From NCBI GenBank assembly GCA_043808095.1, contig JAZDFF010000011.1:48030-112029 (forward strand): a stretch of 64,000 nt of DNA, read 5' to 3'. Under the pieces are notes generated by a model. The model ran no database searches. It saw only the letters and a list, made by a program, of their open reading frames with translations, and was not told where the DNA came from. Below are positions 17,998 through 28,696 of this stretch, piece by piece (position 1 is the first letter of the stretch; each line of letters starts with the position of its first letter). The translations under genes were made by a program, and so were the position numbers. This DNA comes from Candidatus Omnitrophota bacterium. Lineage in GTDB: Bacteria > Omnitrophota > Gorgyraeia > JAZDFF01.

Positions 17998-19272
17998 TTA
18001 ATATTTACCCCAGATAAACCAGACAAATAGATAGGCGGCAGTTACTGCTGCCAGTGTAAAAGGAAGCCCAATCTTTGCAAAATCCTTAAATTTAACCTCG
18101 TAGCCTTCTTTCTTCAATAAACCGCAAGCCACGATATTTGCCGATGCACCAATAGGAGTAACATTACCGCCTAAACTCGCACCGATAAGTAGACCGAAGA
18201 GAAATAAAGACGGATTTATATTAAGTTTGGCGGACATAGAGATTGCCACCGGTAGCATCGCCGCCAGGAACGGGACATTATCCACAAATGCCGAGACAAA
18301 GACAGCAACAAAAACCAGCAAGGTATAGCCTAAGAATATATTAGTGCCTATCAAGCCTGAAAGAAAGCCTGAAGTCGTATCAATCCAACCGGTTAAGGTA
18401 ATACTGCCTACAAGGATAAAAATACCTGCCAGGAAAAAGGTAGTATCCCAATCCAAAGACCTTATTCCTTCCAGAAAAGAGCTTCTATTAACAAATTTTT
18501 CCCAAAGTATAGAGATAATGCCAAATACCATACAAATCAGTCCTGCAAGATAAGAAAACCCGGTATCAAAGAATGAAGATATCGCCAATAAAAAGACTAG
18601 GCTTACTAAAATAATCGTCGGCATCCATGATTTGACCTTTTCAACGGGTATAAGTTTAGCCTTCTCTTTATGTTTCCTAAATATAATATATAGGACTAAA
18701 AAAGAAGCCACTGCCCCTATCTCAACCGCAAAGAATATGCTGGGCCTGCCCCGGTAAAAGAAAAAGTCCATAAAATTCATCTTGGCAAAACCGCCTAAAA
18801 TCATACTGGGCGGGTCTCCGATTAAAGTAGCGGTTCCCTGCAGATTGCTTGAAACAGCAATGGCAATCATCATATTCATCGGATTTATCTTTAATTTCTT
18901 TGCCAAAGATAATGCAATAGGTGCAACGATTAAGACAGTAGCCACATTTTCCACGAACGCCGAAATAAAACCGGTTAATAAACAAATCAACAGAATTGCC
19001 CAGGCGGTATTCCTGGCCTTATCTACGATTATCTCGGCAATATAGGCGGGGACCCGGCTTTCCATAAAGATATCTGCCACTATCAATGTACCGACGAATA
19101 TTCCCATGACATTCCAGTTAATGGCTGAAAATGCCTCTTTAAAAGAAATTGTCCCGGTTAAAATAAGTAAAAATGCCGAAATTACTGCAAAATGAGTCCT
19201 TCTCTTGGGAAAGAATATAAAAAGTAAATATGTGCTAATAAAAACTATTAAAGAAACAATCTTGTAGTCCAT
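17998..19272 (-). CDS. ArsB/NhaD (SLC13-like) permease
   Basis: SAFVENVATVL, SSNLQGTATLIGDPP, SAFVDNVP, GGNVTPIGASANIV. Confidence 0.85.
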   Translation of the reverse strand: MDYKIVSLIVFISTYLLFIFFPKRRTHFAVISAFLLILTGTISFKEAFSAINWNVMGIFVGTLIVADIFMESRVPAYIAEIIVDKARNTAWAILLICLLTGFISAFVENVATVLIVAPIALSLAKKLKINPMNMMIAIAVSSNLQGTATLIGDPPSMILGGFAKMNFMDFFFYRGRPSIFFAVEIGAVASFLVLYIIFRKHKEKAKLIPVEKVKSWMPTIILVSLVFLLAISSFFDTGFSYLAGLICMVFGIISILWEKFVNRSSFLEGIRSLDWDTTFFLAGIFILVGSITLTGWIDTTSGFLSGLIGTNIFLGYTLLVFVAVFVSAFVDNVPFLAAMLPVAISMSAKLNINPSLFLFGLLIGASLGGNVTPIGASANIVACGLLKKEGYEVKFKDFAKIGLPFTLAAVTAAYLFVWFIWGKY

Positions 19273-19440
19273 TATGCCTTTCCTTTAGGTGGTATCATTA
19301 TTTTACTAAATTGCCTCACTTTTATCCAGCAATATAAAACAGTGACTAAGAATAAGTTCTTTTTTTATTATATGACTCTTAATTAAATATATCAAGAAAA
19401 TACGAAAATCAAAAAGGCAGGACAATAAAGAGAGATTTTT

Positions 19441-20046
19441 CTATTTGTTGAATAATCGCTGGAACTTCTCGATTTCTTTCTTTACATCAGGTTTGGTAAC
19501 TACTGCCGATATCGCACATAATCCATCAGTGCCGGCCTGAATAACTCTATGCGCATTTGACAGATTTATACCACCTATGGCAACTATGGGAATGGAAACG
19601 CACCTTTTTATCTCTTTTAATAATTCAACGCCTACGGGAATTCCGGCGTCTTTTTTCGTGCCTGTGGAAAAAATCGGCGATATGCCTAAATAATCTGCTC
19701 CCATTCTTTGTGCCTCTCTGGCCTGTTTAAGATTATGAACGGTTACGCCAATTATTTTATTTTTGCCAAGAATTTTTCTGGCAACTGAATAAGAAAGGTC
19801 ATCCTGTCCGAGATGCACGCCGTCTGCGCCAACAGCAACTGCGATATCCAGCCGGTCGTTGATTAAGAAAGTTATATTCTTACATATCTTTCTCAATTTT
19901 AAGGCCTCATCGAACATCTCTTTTGTACATGCGCATTTATCCCGGTATTGAATAATTTTTACGCCTACTTTTAGCGCATTTTTCACATCGCTAATATTGC
20001 CCCTTCGGCTTAGCCTTGAGTCGGTAATAAAATAATAGCCCATCAT
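19441..20046 (-). CDS. thiE: Thiamine-phosphate synthase
   Basis: QYRDK, LINDRLD, GVHLGQDD, T.TK.DA, AIGGI. Confidence 0.93.
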   Translation of the reverse strand: MMGYYFITDSRLSRRGNISDVKNALKVGVKIIQYRDKCACTKEMFDEALKLRKICKNITFLINDRLDIAVAVGADGVHLGQDDLSYSVARKILGKNKIIGVTVHNLKQAREAQRMGADYLGISPIFSTGTKKDAGIPVGVELLKEIKRCVSIPIVAIGGINLSNAHRVIQAGTDGLCAISAVVTKPDVKKEIEKFQRLFNK

Positions 20047-20846
20047 TCTTCTATGCGCTGCATTTTATCAATGGTCTCTTTATTGAGTTGGTAGAGATAA
20101 TCAAAAATTCTTTCTTTAAACTCACCCGGGCCGAATGAATTTTTAGCGGCGAGCTCTGCGGCAATCTCAAAACAAACAAGGCCAGCGGTTGCGGCAAGGG
20201 CTAAATCTTTTTCGACCGCGGCAAATGTCCCGATAACCGAGGTTGCCATGCATCCGGTCCCGACTATATGCGTCATCAGGGGATGTCCGTTTTTTACTAA
20301 ATAAATTTTCTTGCCATCAGTAATGACATCTTCTTTGCCGGTAATCACCACTGTACATTGTCTTCTTTGGGCCAGTTTTTTGGCAAGTTCAATCATGTCC
20401 TTCTCAACAGAAACCGCATCCACCCCTTTTGTCCTAACGGCCTCTCCGCTGATCCTAGCCACTTCCGAGGAATTACCTTTTATAATATCAATCCTGACTT
20501 CATCTAATAGCTCAAAAGACTTCTTATCGCGCAGGTCTGTTGCGCCTGCGCCGCAGACATCTAATATCACAGGGATACCTTTAATATTGGCGCTTCTGGC
20601 GGCTATTTTCATTGCATCCACAAAACCAACAGTTAAAGTCCCAATATTTAAAACCAGGCTTGAGGCGATACCAGCCATCTCGCCAACCTCTTCTTCAGCA
20701 TGGGCCATTACCGGTGAGGCGCCCAGCACCTTAACCACATTTGCGCAATCATAGATAGTCACCCAGTTGGTCAGATGGTGTACAACGGGCTTGTCTTTTC
20801 TAATCTTCTCTAACAAGGCATAGGCATCAATAATTATTTTCTTCAT
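20043..20846 (-). CDS. thiM: Hydroxyethylthiazole kinase
   Basis: [32 protein letters not shown]. Confidence 0.93.
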   Translation of the reverse strand: MKKIIIDAYALLEKIRKDKPVVHHLTNWVTIYDCANVVKVLGASPVMAHAEEEVGEMAGIASSLVLNIGTLTVGFVDAMKIAARSANIKGIPVILDVCGAGATDLRDKKSFELLDEVRIDIIKGNSSEVARISGEAVRTKGVDAVSVEKDMIELAKKLAQRRQCTVVITGKEDVITDGKKIYLVKNGHPLMTHIVGTGCMATSVIGTFAAVEKDLALAATAGLVCFEIAAELAAKNSFGPGEFKERIFDYLYQLNKETIDKMQRIEE

Positions 20847-21616
20847 AGCCTTTCAGTTAAATCCTTGGCTACTTTTTTGCCAGCCAAGAGCATCCCGCCG
20901 AATATTGGCCCCATGCGCGGGCCGCCAAATACCGTATTTGCACACATTCCACAAGCATAAAGGCCGGGACAGACTTCTTTAGAATTCTTGACAATTGTAT
21001 CTTCGGCTACCTGTGCCCACATCGATTGTTCGCCCATAATATTACCAGTTTTTGTATTAAGCTTTATGCCGGATTTTCTTTCTACTATACGCACAATCTC
21101 TGCGTCGTGCCCTGTGGCATCGACAACAAACTTTGCCCTCATCGTAATCGGGTCCACATGTAAATGCGCCATTTCAACCGCAGTCCAGTTTAACACCAAG
21201 CCGCAAACGCGTCTGGCCCTTACCATTACGTCTTCAGCGCTCATCAGGTTAAATATCTTTACTCCTTGCCTGACTGTCTTTGCGCAAATAGCACAGACGG
21301 ACTCAATAGAATCAGCCAAGTAATAACCTTTCTCATAAATTCTCGTTCTAATTCCGAATTCATCCATGATGTTTTTGGCTTTCTCCTGTATCACGATTTC
21401 ATTAAACATTATACCGCCGCCCCACATGCCGCCGCCTACAGATAATTTTCTTTCAAAAATTACGACTTTCTTGCCCGCCTTAGCCAGATAATAAGCGCAG
21501 ACCATCCCTGCAGGGCCAGCGCCTACAATCGCTACATCCACGTCAAGGGCACTGACTAATTTGTTTCTATAAGAGTCTATTATTGCCTTTGAAATTTTTA
21601 TCTCATCTAATTTCAT
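20843..21616 (-). CDS. thi4: Sulfide-dependent adenosine-diphosphate thiazole synthase (Thi4, non-Cys type)
   Basis: [18 protein letters not shown] (His where suicide Thi4 has Cys), [16 protein letters not shown]. Confidence 0.9.
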   Translation of the reverse strand: MKLDEIKISKAIIDSYRNKLVSALDVDVAIVGAGPAGMVCAYYLAKAGKKVVIFERKLSVGGGMWGGGIMFNEIVIQEKAKNIMDEFGIRTRIYEKGYYLADSIESVCAICAKTVRQGVKIFNLMSAEDVMVRARRVCGLVLNWTAVEMAHLHVDPITMRAKFVVDATGHDAEIVRIVERKSGIKLNTKTGNIMGEQSMWAQVAEDTIVKNSKEVCPGLYACGMCANTVFGGPRMGPIFGGMLLAGKKVAKDLTERL

Positions 21617-21702
21617 TTGAAGACTCCTTCAATGAGCACATAAATTACGCCTGTCTGGCCTCAGACAGGGACTTTTGCGCCTTTGCGGTATAAAAAAAGT
21701 AT

Positions 21703-21882
21703 TTAACCAAAAAATTTCTCGCCCTGCGCCCAGTTCGCGCCGTCTACCTCGTCAATCACCAAATAGGTATAATCTTTCGGCTTTCCTGCTACTTTTAAGA
21801 GGGTATCGGTAAATTCTTTGGCAATTTGCTCTTTTTGTGCTTTGGAAAGTTTTCCCACGAGTTTTAAATTAATAAAAGGCAT
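21703..21882 (-). CDS. 4-oxalocrotonate tautomerase family protein (59 aa; missed by the ORF track)
   Basis: MPFINLKLVGKLSKAQKEQIAKEFTDTLLKVAGKPKDYTYLVIDEVDGANWAQGEKFFG*; N-terminal Pro. Confidence 0.85.
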   Translation of the reverse strand: MPFINLKLVGKLSKAQKEQIAKEFTDTLLKVAGKPKDYTYLVIDEVDGANWAQGEKFFG

Positions 21883-21893
21883 AGTCTTCCCCC

Positions 21894-22487
21894 TTATTTT
21901 GAAAGTACTAAGATCCCGCTTTGGGCAAGAAGATTAGGCAATAACAATATCCGCCTAAATTCTGTGATAAATGCCTTATGCTCAATCTTAATATTGTTTT
22001 TGCGGCAATGGTCGAGGAAATCCGAGATACTGAAAAAATGCAGGTTAGGAGTTTCATACCAGGGATATGGCAAGGATGGTGTCACCGGTACTCTGCCTTT
22101 AAAAAATAACTGGGATCTCGCTTTTAGGTAGGCAAAGTTCGGAAATCCCACTATTACTTTTTTCCCCACACGCAAAGATTCCGAAAGTACCTGCTTGAGA
22201 TATCTAACCTGCTGAATACTCTGATTCAATATCACATAGTCAAACGATTTATCCCGATAATCCGTCAGGCCTGAATCGATATCGCCATGAATGACATTCA
22301 GGCCCTTTTCCACACATTTATAGATTGCCTGTTCATCAATCTCTATACCTTGGCCGCGCACATTCTTTTCTTTAATCAGAAGGTAGAGTAACTCACCCGT
22401 GCCGCAACCCAAATCAAGGACGCTGGTGCGCGGTTCGACGAAGTCTAATATTATGCGATGATCGAGTTTAATAGAATCATAATTCAT
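21894..22487 (-). CDS. metW: Methionine biosynthesis protein MetW
   Basis: VLDLGCGTG, FDYVILNQS, VGFPNF, LPYPWYETPNLH; adjacent to metX. Confidence 0.9.
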   Translation of the reverse strand: MNYDSIKLDHRIILDFVEPRTSVLDLGCGTGELLYLLIKEKNVRGQGIEIDEQAIYKCVEKGLNVIHGDIDSGLTDYRDKSFDYVILNQSIQQVRYLKQVLSESLRVGKKVIVGFPNFAYLKARSQLFFKGRVPVTPSLPYPWYETPNLHFFSISDFLDHCRKNNIKIEHKAFITEFRRILLLPNLLAQSGILVLSK

Positions 22488-23634
22488 AATTACCTGTCAC
22501 CTCGTAAGCGTAAAACACCTTTTTTAGAAAATGACTAATGAGATGTGTTTCCTCTTCAACCTCTAAAAGAAAGGCATCATGGCCGTAAGTAGAATTAATC
22601 TCGCAGTAAGTCGCCTCAAGGCCTGCGAGTTTACAGGCCTTAACAATCTCCTTGGACTGGTATGCCGGATAAAGCCAATCCGATTTAAAGGCAATTACTA
22701 ACACCTTTGCCTTTAGGCCCTTTAATGCCTCAGAAAAAGGCCTGCTAGCTGAGGCGTCAAAATTATCCATGGCCTTGGTGATATATAGATAGGAGTTGGC
22801 ATCAAACCTCTTTACGAAATTATCCCCGCGATAACGCAGGTACCCTTCGACCTCAAAATCTGCGGTAAATTTAAAAGGCTCTTTATCGCTCTTTTTCTGC
22901 CTGCCGAACTTCTCGGTCATTGAGGAATCACTCATATAGGTAATATGGCCGATCATCCTGGCAACAGCCAGGCCCTTAGAAGGCAGGCGCCCCCCATAGT
23001 AATTACCGTCCTTCCAATCCGGATCAGCCATTACCGCCTGACGGCCAACCTCATCAAAGGCAATCTGTTGCGGAGTATGCTTTAAAGTAGTAGCAATAGG
23101 TATGACGCTAAGGACTTTCTCGGGGTATTTAATAAGCCAGCTTAATACCTGCATCCCGCCCATTGAGCCGCCTACTACCGTCAATAACTTATCAACACCC
23201 AGGTGGCCAATAAGTTCTTTTTGACAGGCAACCATATCGTTGATAGTGATAATAGGAAAATCTATGGCAAACGGATGGCCTTTCTTGGGATTTATGCTTG
23301 AGGGCCCGGTCGTACCCTGACAGCCTCCCAATATATTTGAGCAGATAACAAAATATTTATTAGTATCAAAGGCCTTGCCTGCACCGATCATCGAATCCCA
23401 CCAGCCTGGTTTATCACTTCCTTTATGAAAACCCGCAGCATGGGCATCTCCGGAAAGCGCATGGAGAATTAAAATCGCATTTGATTTCTCTTTATTAAGC
23501 GTCCCGTAAGTTTCATAGGCCAGGGTAATGGGCCCGAGCTTCTCTTTGCTTTCAAGGGTAAATTCTTTGGGCGGATTGGCAAAGGTAAAATATTTCGTCT
23601 CAGCAATTAAAGCGTTGTCTTTTTGGGCAATCAT
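22477..23634 (-). CDS. metX: Homoserine O-acetyltransferase
   Basis: LAYETYG, HALSGD, GGSMGG, RFDANSY, GHDAFL. Confidence 0.92.
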   Translation of the reverse strand: MIAQKDNALIAETKYFTFANPPKEFTLESKEKLGPITLAYETYGTLNKEKSNAILILHALSGDAHAAGFHKGSDKPGWWDSMIGAGKAFDTNKYFVICSNILGGCQGTTGPSSINPKKGHPFAIDFPIITINDMVACQKELIGHLGVDKLLTVVGGSMGGMQVLSWLIKYPEKVLSVIPIATTLKHTPQQIAFDEVGRQAVMADPDWKDGNYYGGRLPSKGLAVARMIGHITYMSDSSMTEKFGRQKKSDKEPFKFTADFEVEGYLRYRGDNFVKRFDANSYLYITKAMDNFDASASRPFSEALKGLKAKVLVIAFKSDWLYPAYQSKEIVKACKLAGLEATYCEINSTYGHDAFLLEVEEETHLISHFLKKVFYAYEVTGNYEL

Positions 23635-23833
23635 TCCTACTCCCTGGTATAATCTTTTAGGTATCACCAAAAATTATACCTGATTACTGTGATTATTTTA
23701 GATTTCAGAGATTAATCGCTGTAATCTTATTTTTCCCGCAAAGCGGGATCCCGTTGGATTCCTTTTATTTTGGTGCGGGATAATCATTGAAATCAGGCAT
23801 CCTTAATTGTTTCTCTTTATAGGATGCCTAAAT

Positions 23834-24763
23834 TTATTTTTCTTGAAACAACCAGGTTGAGAGATATCTTTCTCCGGTATCAGGTAGCACTACTATAATC
23901 AGTTTCCCCTTGTTCTCCTTACGTTTGGCGACCTCTAATGCCGCCCATAAGGCCGCGCCGCTTGAGATGCCGGCAAGAATGCCCTCTTCTTTTGCCAGGC
24001 GCCTGGCAGTTATCCCGGCATCTTCATTAGTAACTTGAATTATCTCATCAATTATATCACGATTTAAAACCTGGGGTACAAAGCCTGCACCGATTCCCTG
24101 AATCTTATGCGGACCAGGTTGGCCACCAGATAATACAGCTGAGGCAGTAGGTTCAACAGCAATAGCCTGAAAACCCTTTTTCCTTTTTTTGATTACCTCA
24201 GCTACTCCGGTAATCGTACCTCCTGTCCCTACCCCCGATACCAGGATATCGACCTTGCCATCTGTATCATTCCAGATTTCTTCGGCGGTAGTCTTACGGT
24301 GGATTTCGGGGTTAGCCGAATTATTGAACTGCTGGAGGATAACCGCTCCGGGAGTAACTTTGGCTAATTCTTCTGCTTTTTTGATTGCGCCTTTCATGCC
24401 TTCTACGCCCGCAGTTAAGACGAGCTCTGCGCCAAAAATGGAAAGTAACTGCCGCCTTTCTATGCTCATCGTATCCGGCATAGTAAGTATCAGCCGATAT
24501 CCTTTGGCCGCCGCTACGAAGGCCAGGGCAATCCCCGTGTTTCCGCTAGTAGGTTCAATAATCACCGAACCTTTTTTGAGCGCTCCTTTTTTTTCGGCGT
24601 CTTCAATCATCGCCACCCCGATTCTGTCCTTTACGCTGGATAAGGGATTAAATGATTCAAGCTTTGCCAGTATCTGGGCTTCCAAGCCTTTACCTATGCG
24701 GCTAAGCCTTACCAGGGGAGTATTTCCAATGGTCTTTGTAATATCTTCAAATATTCTCACCAT
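23834..24763 (-). CDS. cysK: Cysteine synthase A
   Basis: [41 protein letters not shown]. Confidence 0.95.
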   Translation of the reverse strand: MVRIFEDITKTIGNTPLVRLSRIGKGLEAQILAKLESFNPLSSVKDRIGVAMIEDAEKKGALKKGSVIIEPTSGNTGIALAFVAAAKGYRLILTMPDTMSIERRQLLSIFGAELVLTAGVEGMKGAIKKAEELAKVTPGAVILQQFNNSANPEIHRKTTAEEIWNDTDGKVDILVSGVGTGGTITGVAEVIKKRKKGFQAIAVEPTASAVLSGGQPGPHKIQGIGAGFVPQVLNRDIIDEIIQVTNEDAGITARRLAKEEGILAGISSGAALWAALEVAKRKENKGKLIIVVLPDTGERYLSTWLFQEK

Positions 24764-24799
24764 CTGCCTCCAAATCTTTTCAAAAATCGTAATAGTTCA

Positions 24800-24912
24800 T
24801 TTAAGGGTTAGGAAGGGGTAGTATGGGTTAGAAAGGGATAGTGGGGGAGTTTTTTAAAATCCCCCCTACTTACCCCTGCTGACCCTTCCTGTCCCTTGCT
24901 ATCCCCTAAACG
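24800..24912. repeat. 10-bp-periodic inverted repeat element (sibling of 8110-8222)
   Basis: TTTAAGGGTTAGGAAGGGGTAG... / ...CTATCCCCTAAACG. Confidence 0.65.
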
Positions 24913-24935
24913 TCTTTTCTTTGAAGTTAGCGGTT

Positions 24936-26273
<1,338 letters not shown>

Positions 26274-26307
26274 TTATCTGACTTAATAAATCTTGTCCTT
26301 TATTAAC

Positions 26308-26748
26308 TTATATGGCATAACTAAATGCCCCTTTACTTACTTTTAATTGGTTAGCCAGATCTTCAAAGGTGATGTTATCAATGATATCAGAGGTTGCCTC
26401 TGCTACCTGGTTCCATATGCCTCTAAACACGCACCTATATAAATCACTGCATCCTGAATAATCTTTTCCTATACAACCGATCGGTTCAATCGGGCCATCC
26501 ACAAAACGGATAACCTCACCCAACCTTATCTGGCAAGGTTGCCTAGCCAAGAGATATCCTCCTTCTTTTCCGCGCCTGCTCTCTACGAATCCGCCGCGTT
26601 TTAAATCCAGGAGTATCCTCTCTAAAAATTTAATCGGGATATCCAAACGTTTAGCCAACTCAGAGATAGTAACCACCCCGCTGCCATAATGTATGGCCAG
26701 ATCCAGAACTGTCTTTAAGGCATAATCTCCTTGATACGTTATACGCAT
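26308..26748 (-). CDS. Rrf2 family regulator (CymR/IscR-like)
   Basis: GDYAL, FLERILLDLK, SRRGKEGGY; heads the sulfur amino-acid genes. Confidence 0.88.
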   Translation of the reverse strand: MRITYQGDYALKTVLDLAIHYGSGVVTISELAKRLDIPIKFLERILLDLKRGGFVESRRGKEGGYLLARQPCQIRLGEVIRFVDGPIEPIGCIGKDYSGCSDLYRCVFRGIWNQVAEATSDIIDNITFEDLANQLKVSKGAFSYAI

Positions 26749-26787
26749 ATCTTTCCTCTTAGTCTATAATCTCTATAATGATAGTAT

Positions 26788-26816
26788 AGTATATATGAAA
26801 AAAATAAAATTGTCAA
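26788..26816 (-). promoter_or_regulatory. sigma70 promoter TTGACA-N17-TATACT for the Rrf2-metY-cysK-metXW block
   Basis: Read directly on the minus strand. Confidence 0.6.
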
Positions 26817-26900
26817 GTCCTTTTTTGTACGGAATTAGCATCTTATTTATTTACAATAAGATATGAAAATATATTTTTTGTAATCGGAGTTTATCTAAAA

Positions 26901-27569
26901 TTATTTTGACCTTATTGCCAGGACCTTAATAAAATCCGCTGCGTCTTCTATCTTGTCTGTGACCCCTTCTAAATATTCCGCTAATTGATAGCTCAATAAT
27001 AACGTGGCCGGCTCAAGTTTAACATGTATAATGGACTCGATTAAAGTCTTTTTCTGGTCGTCAGCCTCATGTTCGAACCTATCCACTTCATCGCAATCAA
27101 GAAGTGCTTTTTTAAGGTCGTTTTTGATTACTGCCTGAATTGCCTCTTTTAGTTTCGAAATTGAGGCAAAGATTAATTCGGTGGCAGTGGCAATGTTTTT
27201 AAGAACATTCTCCGGTAGCCTCTGTTCGATAAAACCCAAAAGGCGGGCGGCACCATTAGTCCAGTCGGCAATCTTATCCAGGGTATTGGCAAAATGCATC
27301 AGATCTTCTCTGTCCGGAGGGAGCAATAGGCCCTCTGAAAGCTCACTAACCATTTTTGCACGCAAGATATCTGCTTGATGTTCGCCTTCCCTAACTTTCT
27401 CAATGGCAATAGTCTTGGCTTCAAGGTCACCTTGGATAAAGGCCTTGACCGCCTCGGAAAAATACGAAACCGTCTGACAGGTCTCCTCAACATGTTTCTG
27501 GGCATCCTTTAATATGGACTGTTCCTCTGCCATTCCTAACCATCCCAAAATATTTCTCCTCTCTTTCAT
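26901..27569 (-). CDS. DUF47/TIGR00153 PhoU-like phosphate transport regulator
   Basis: EHQAD, P.DRED, EHEAD, DKIEDAAD; next to the Pit gene. Confidence 0.88.
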   Translation of the reverse strand: MKERRNILGWLGMAEEQSILKDAQKHVEETCQTVSYFSEAVKAFIQGDLEAKTIAIEKVREGEHQADILRAKMVSELSEGLLLPPDREDLMHFANTLDKIADWTNGAARLLGFIEQRLPENVLKNIATATELIFASISKLKEAIQAVIKNDLKKALLDCDEVDRFEHEADDQKKTLIESIIHVKLEPATLLLSYQLAEYLEGVTDKIEDAADFIKVLAIRSK

Positions 27570-27656
27570 CTTAACCTCCGATTTGCTGTATTTTTTCTTC
27601 TGTCTGCAAATCGTCCCGAGTCCCGACGTAACGTCGGGACGAGGGACAATTATACC

Positions 27657-28637
27657 TTATATTTTAATAAATAGCCTGATCCCCATCAAAACCAGAAAAC
27701 TAATTAAGCCGGAAACAAAAGGCGTGGCCAGCCAACAAAAAATTATTTCTCTCATAATACCGACGTTTAAAACCCTTAACCCCTTAACTAGCCCCACCCC
27801 AAAAATTGCCCCGACTATAGAATGGCTCGTAGAAACCGGTATCCCGAAAACAGTATAAATATGGACATTAATGGCGCTAGCCAATTGCACTGAGAAGGCC
27901 ATAATCGGCAAGAGATTAGTTATTCCTGAGCCGATGGTCCCAATAACCTTATAGCCCCAAGTCATAATACCTAAGGCTATTGCCAGTCCGCCTAAAATAA
28001 TACTCACATTCGGAGTAAGAATCCCCGCGCCCACAATTACGCCTGTGGCATTAGCCACATCGTTTGCGCCCCAGGAATAAGCCACATAACAGCCGCTGCC
28101 AATTATAAGGATTGTAAAAATTACCCTTAAGTATCTGCGCGGAATATTTCTATAAAATATATTTTTAAAAATCCGGTAAAATATATAGCCTAAAATAGCC
28201 GCTCCAATCGGAGTAAAAATCCAGCAGATGAAAATATCTAAAAGCGCCTTCCATTTTATCGGTACGCCTAAGGCAAGGCCAGCGCCTGCTACTGCGCCCA
28301 CAATGGAGTGGCTCGTAGAGATCGGCATCTTCCAATAAGTCGCCAGAATTACCCAGGCGCAGGCAGCAAAACTAGCCACTAAGGCAATATACAAAGATAA
28401 GGTTTTATCCAATTTATCCATCGGCACAATGCCCTTTCCGATGGTCTTGGCCACGTGACCGCCTTGTAAAAACGCGCCCAGAAATCCGAATATAGCAATT
28501 AAAATAATGGCCTGTCTTAAGGTCAAAACCCTTGAGCCAACCGCAGTGCCCATTGAATTAGCCGCATCATTGGCGCCGATTGACCAACCAACACCGATAG
28601 CCATTAATATAGTTAGGGAAATTAATAAGAAATCCAT
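27657..28637 (-). CDS. Inorganic phosphate transporter (PiT family)
   Basis: GANDAAN and GANDVAN signatures, PISTSHSIVG. Confidence 0.92.
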   Translation of the reverse strand: MDFLLISLTILMAIGVGWSIGANDAANSMGTAVGSRVLTLRQAIILIAIFGFLGAFLQGGHVAKTIGKGIVPMDKLDKTLSLYIALVASFAACAWVILATYWKMPISTSHSIVGAVAGAGLALGVPIKWKALLDIFICWIFTPIGAAILGYIFYRIFKNIFYRNIPRRYLRVIFTILIIGSGCYVAYSWGANDVANATGVIVGAGILTPNVSIILGGLAIALGIMTWGYKVIGTIGSGITNLLPIMAFSVQLASAINVHIYTVFGIPVSTSHSIVGAIFGVGLVKGLRVLNVGIMREIIFCWLATPFVSGLISFLVLMGIRLFIKI

Positions 28638-28696
28638 TATAAAAAAGTTATTGGTGGGATATTTTACCTAAAACAACAGATAAGAACGCTGTTATT

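Noticed and set aside
24189-24821. Long plus-strand ORFs antisense to cysK, EF-G (30744..31364), kdpB (51947..52534) and others
   Set aside because: They are shadow ORFs of well-supported minus-strand genes.
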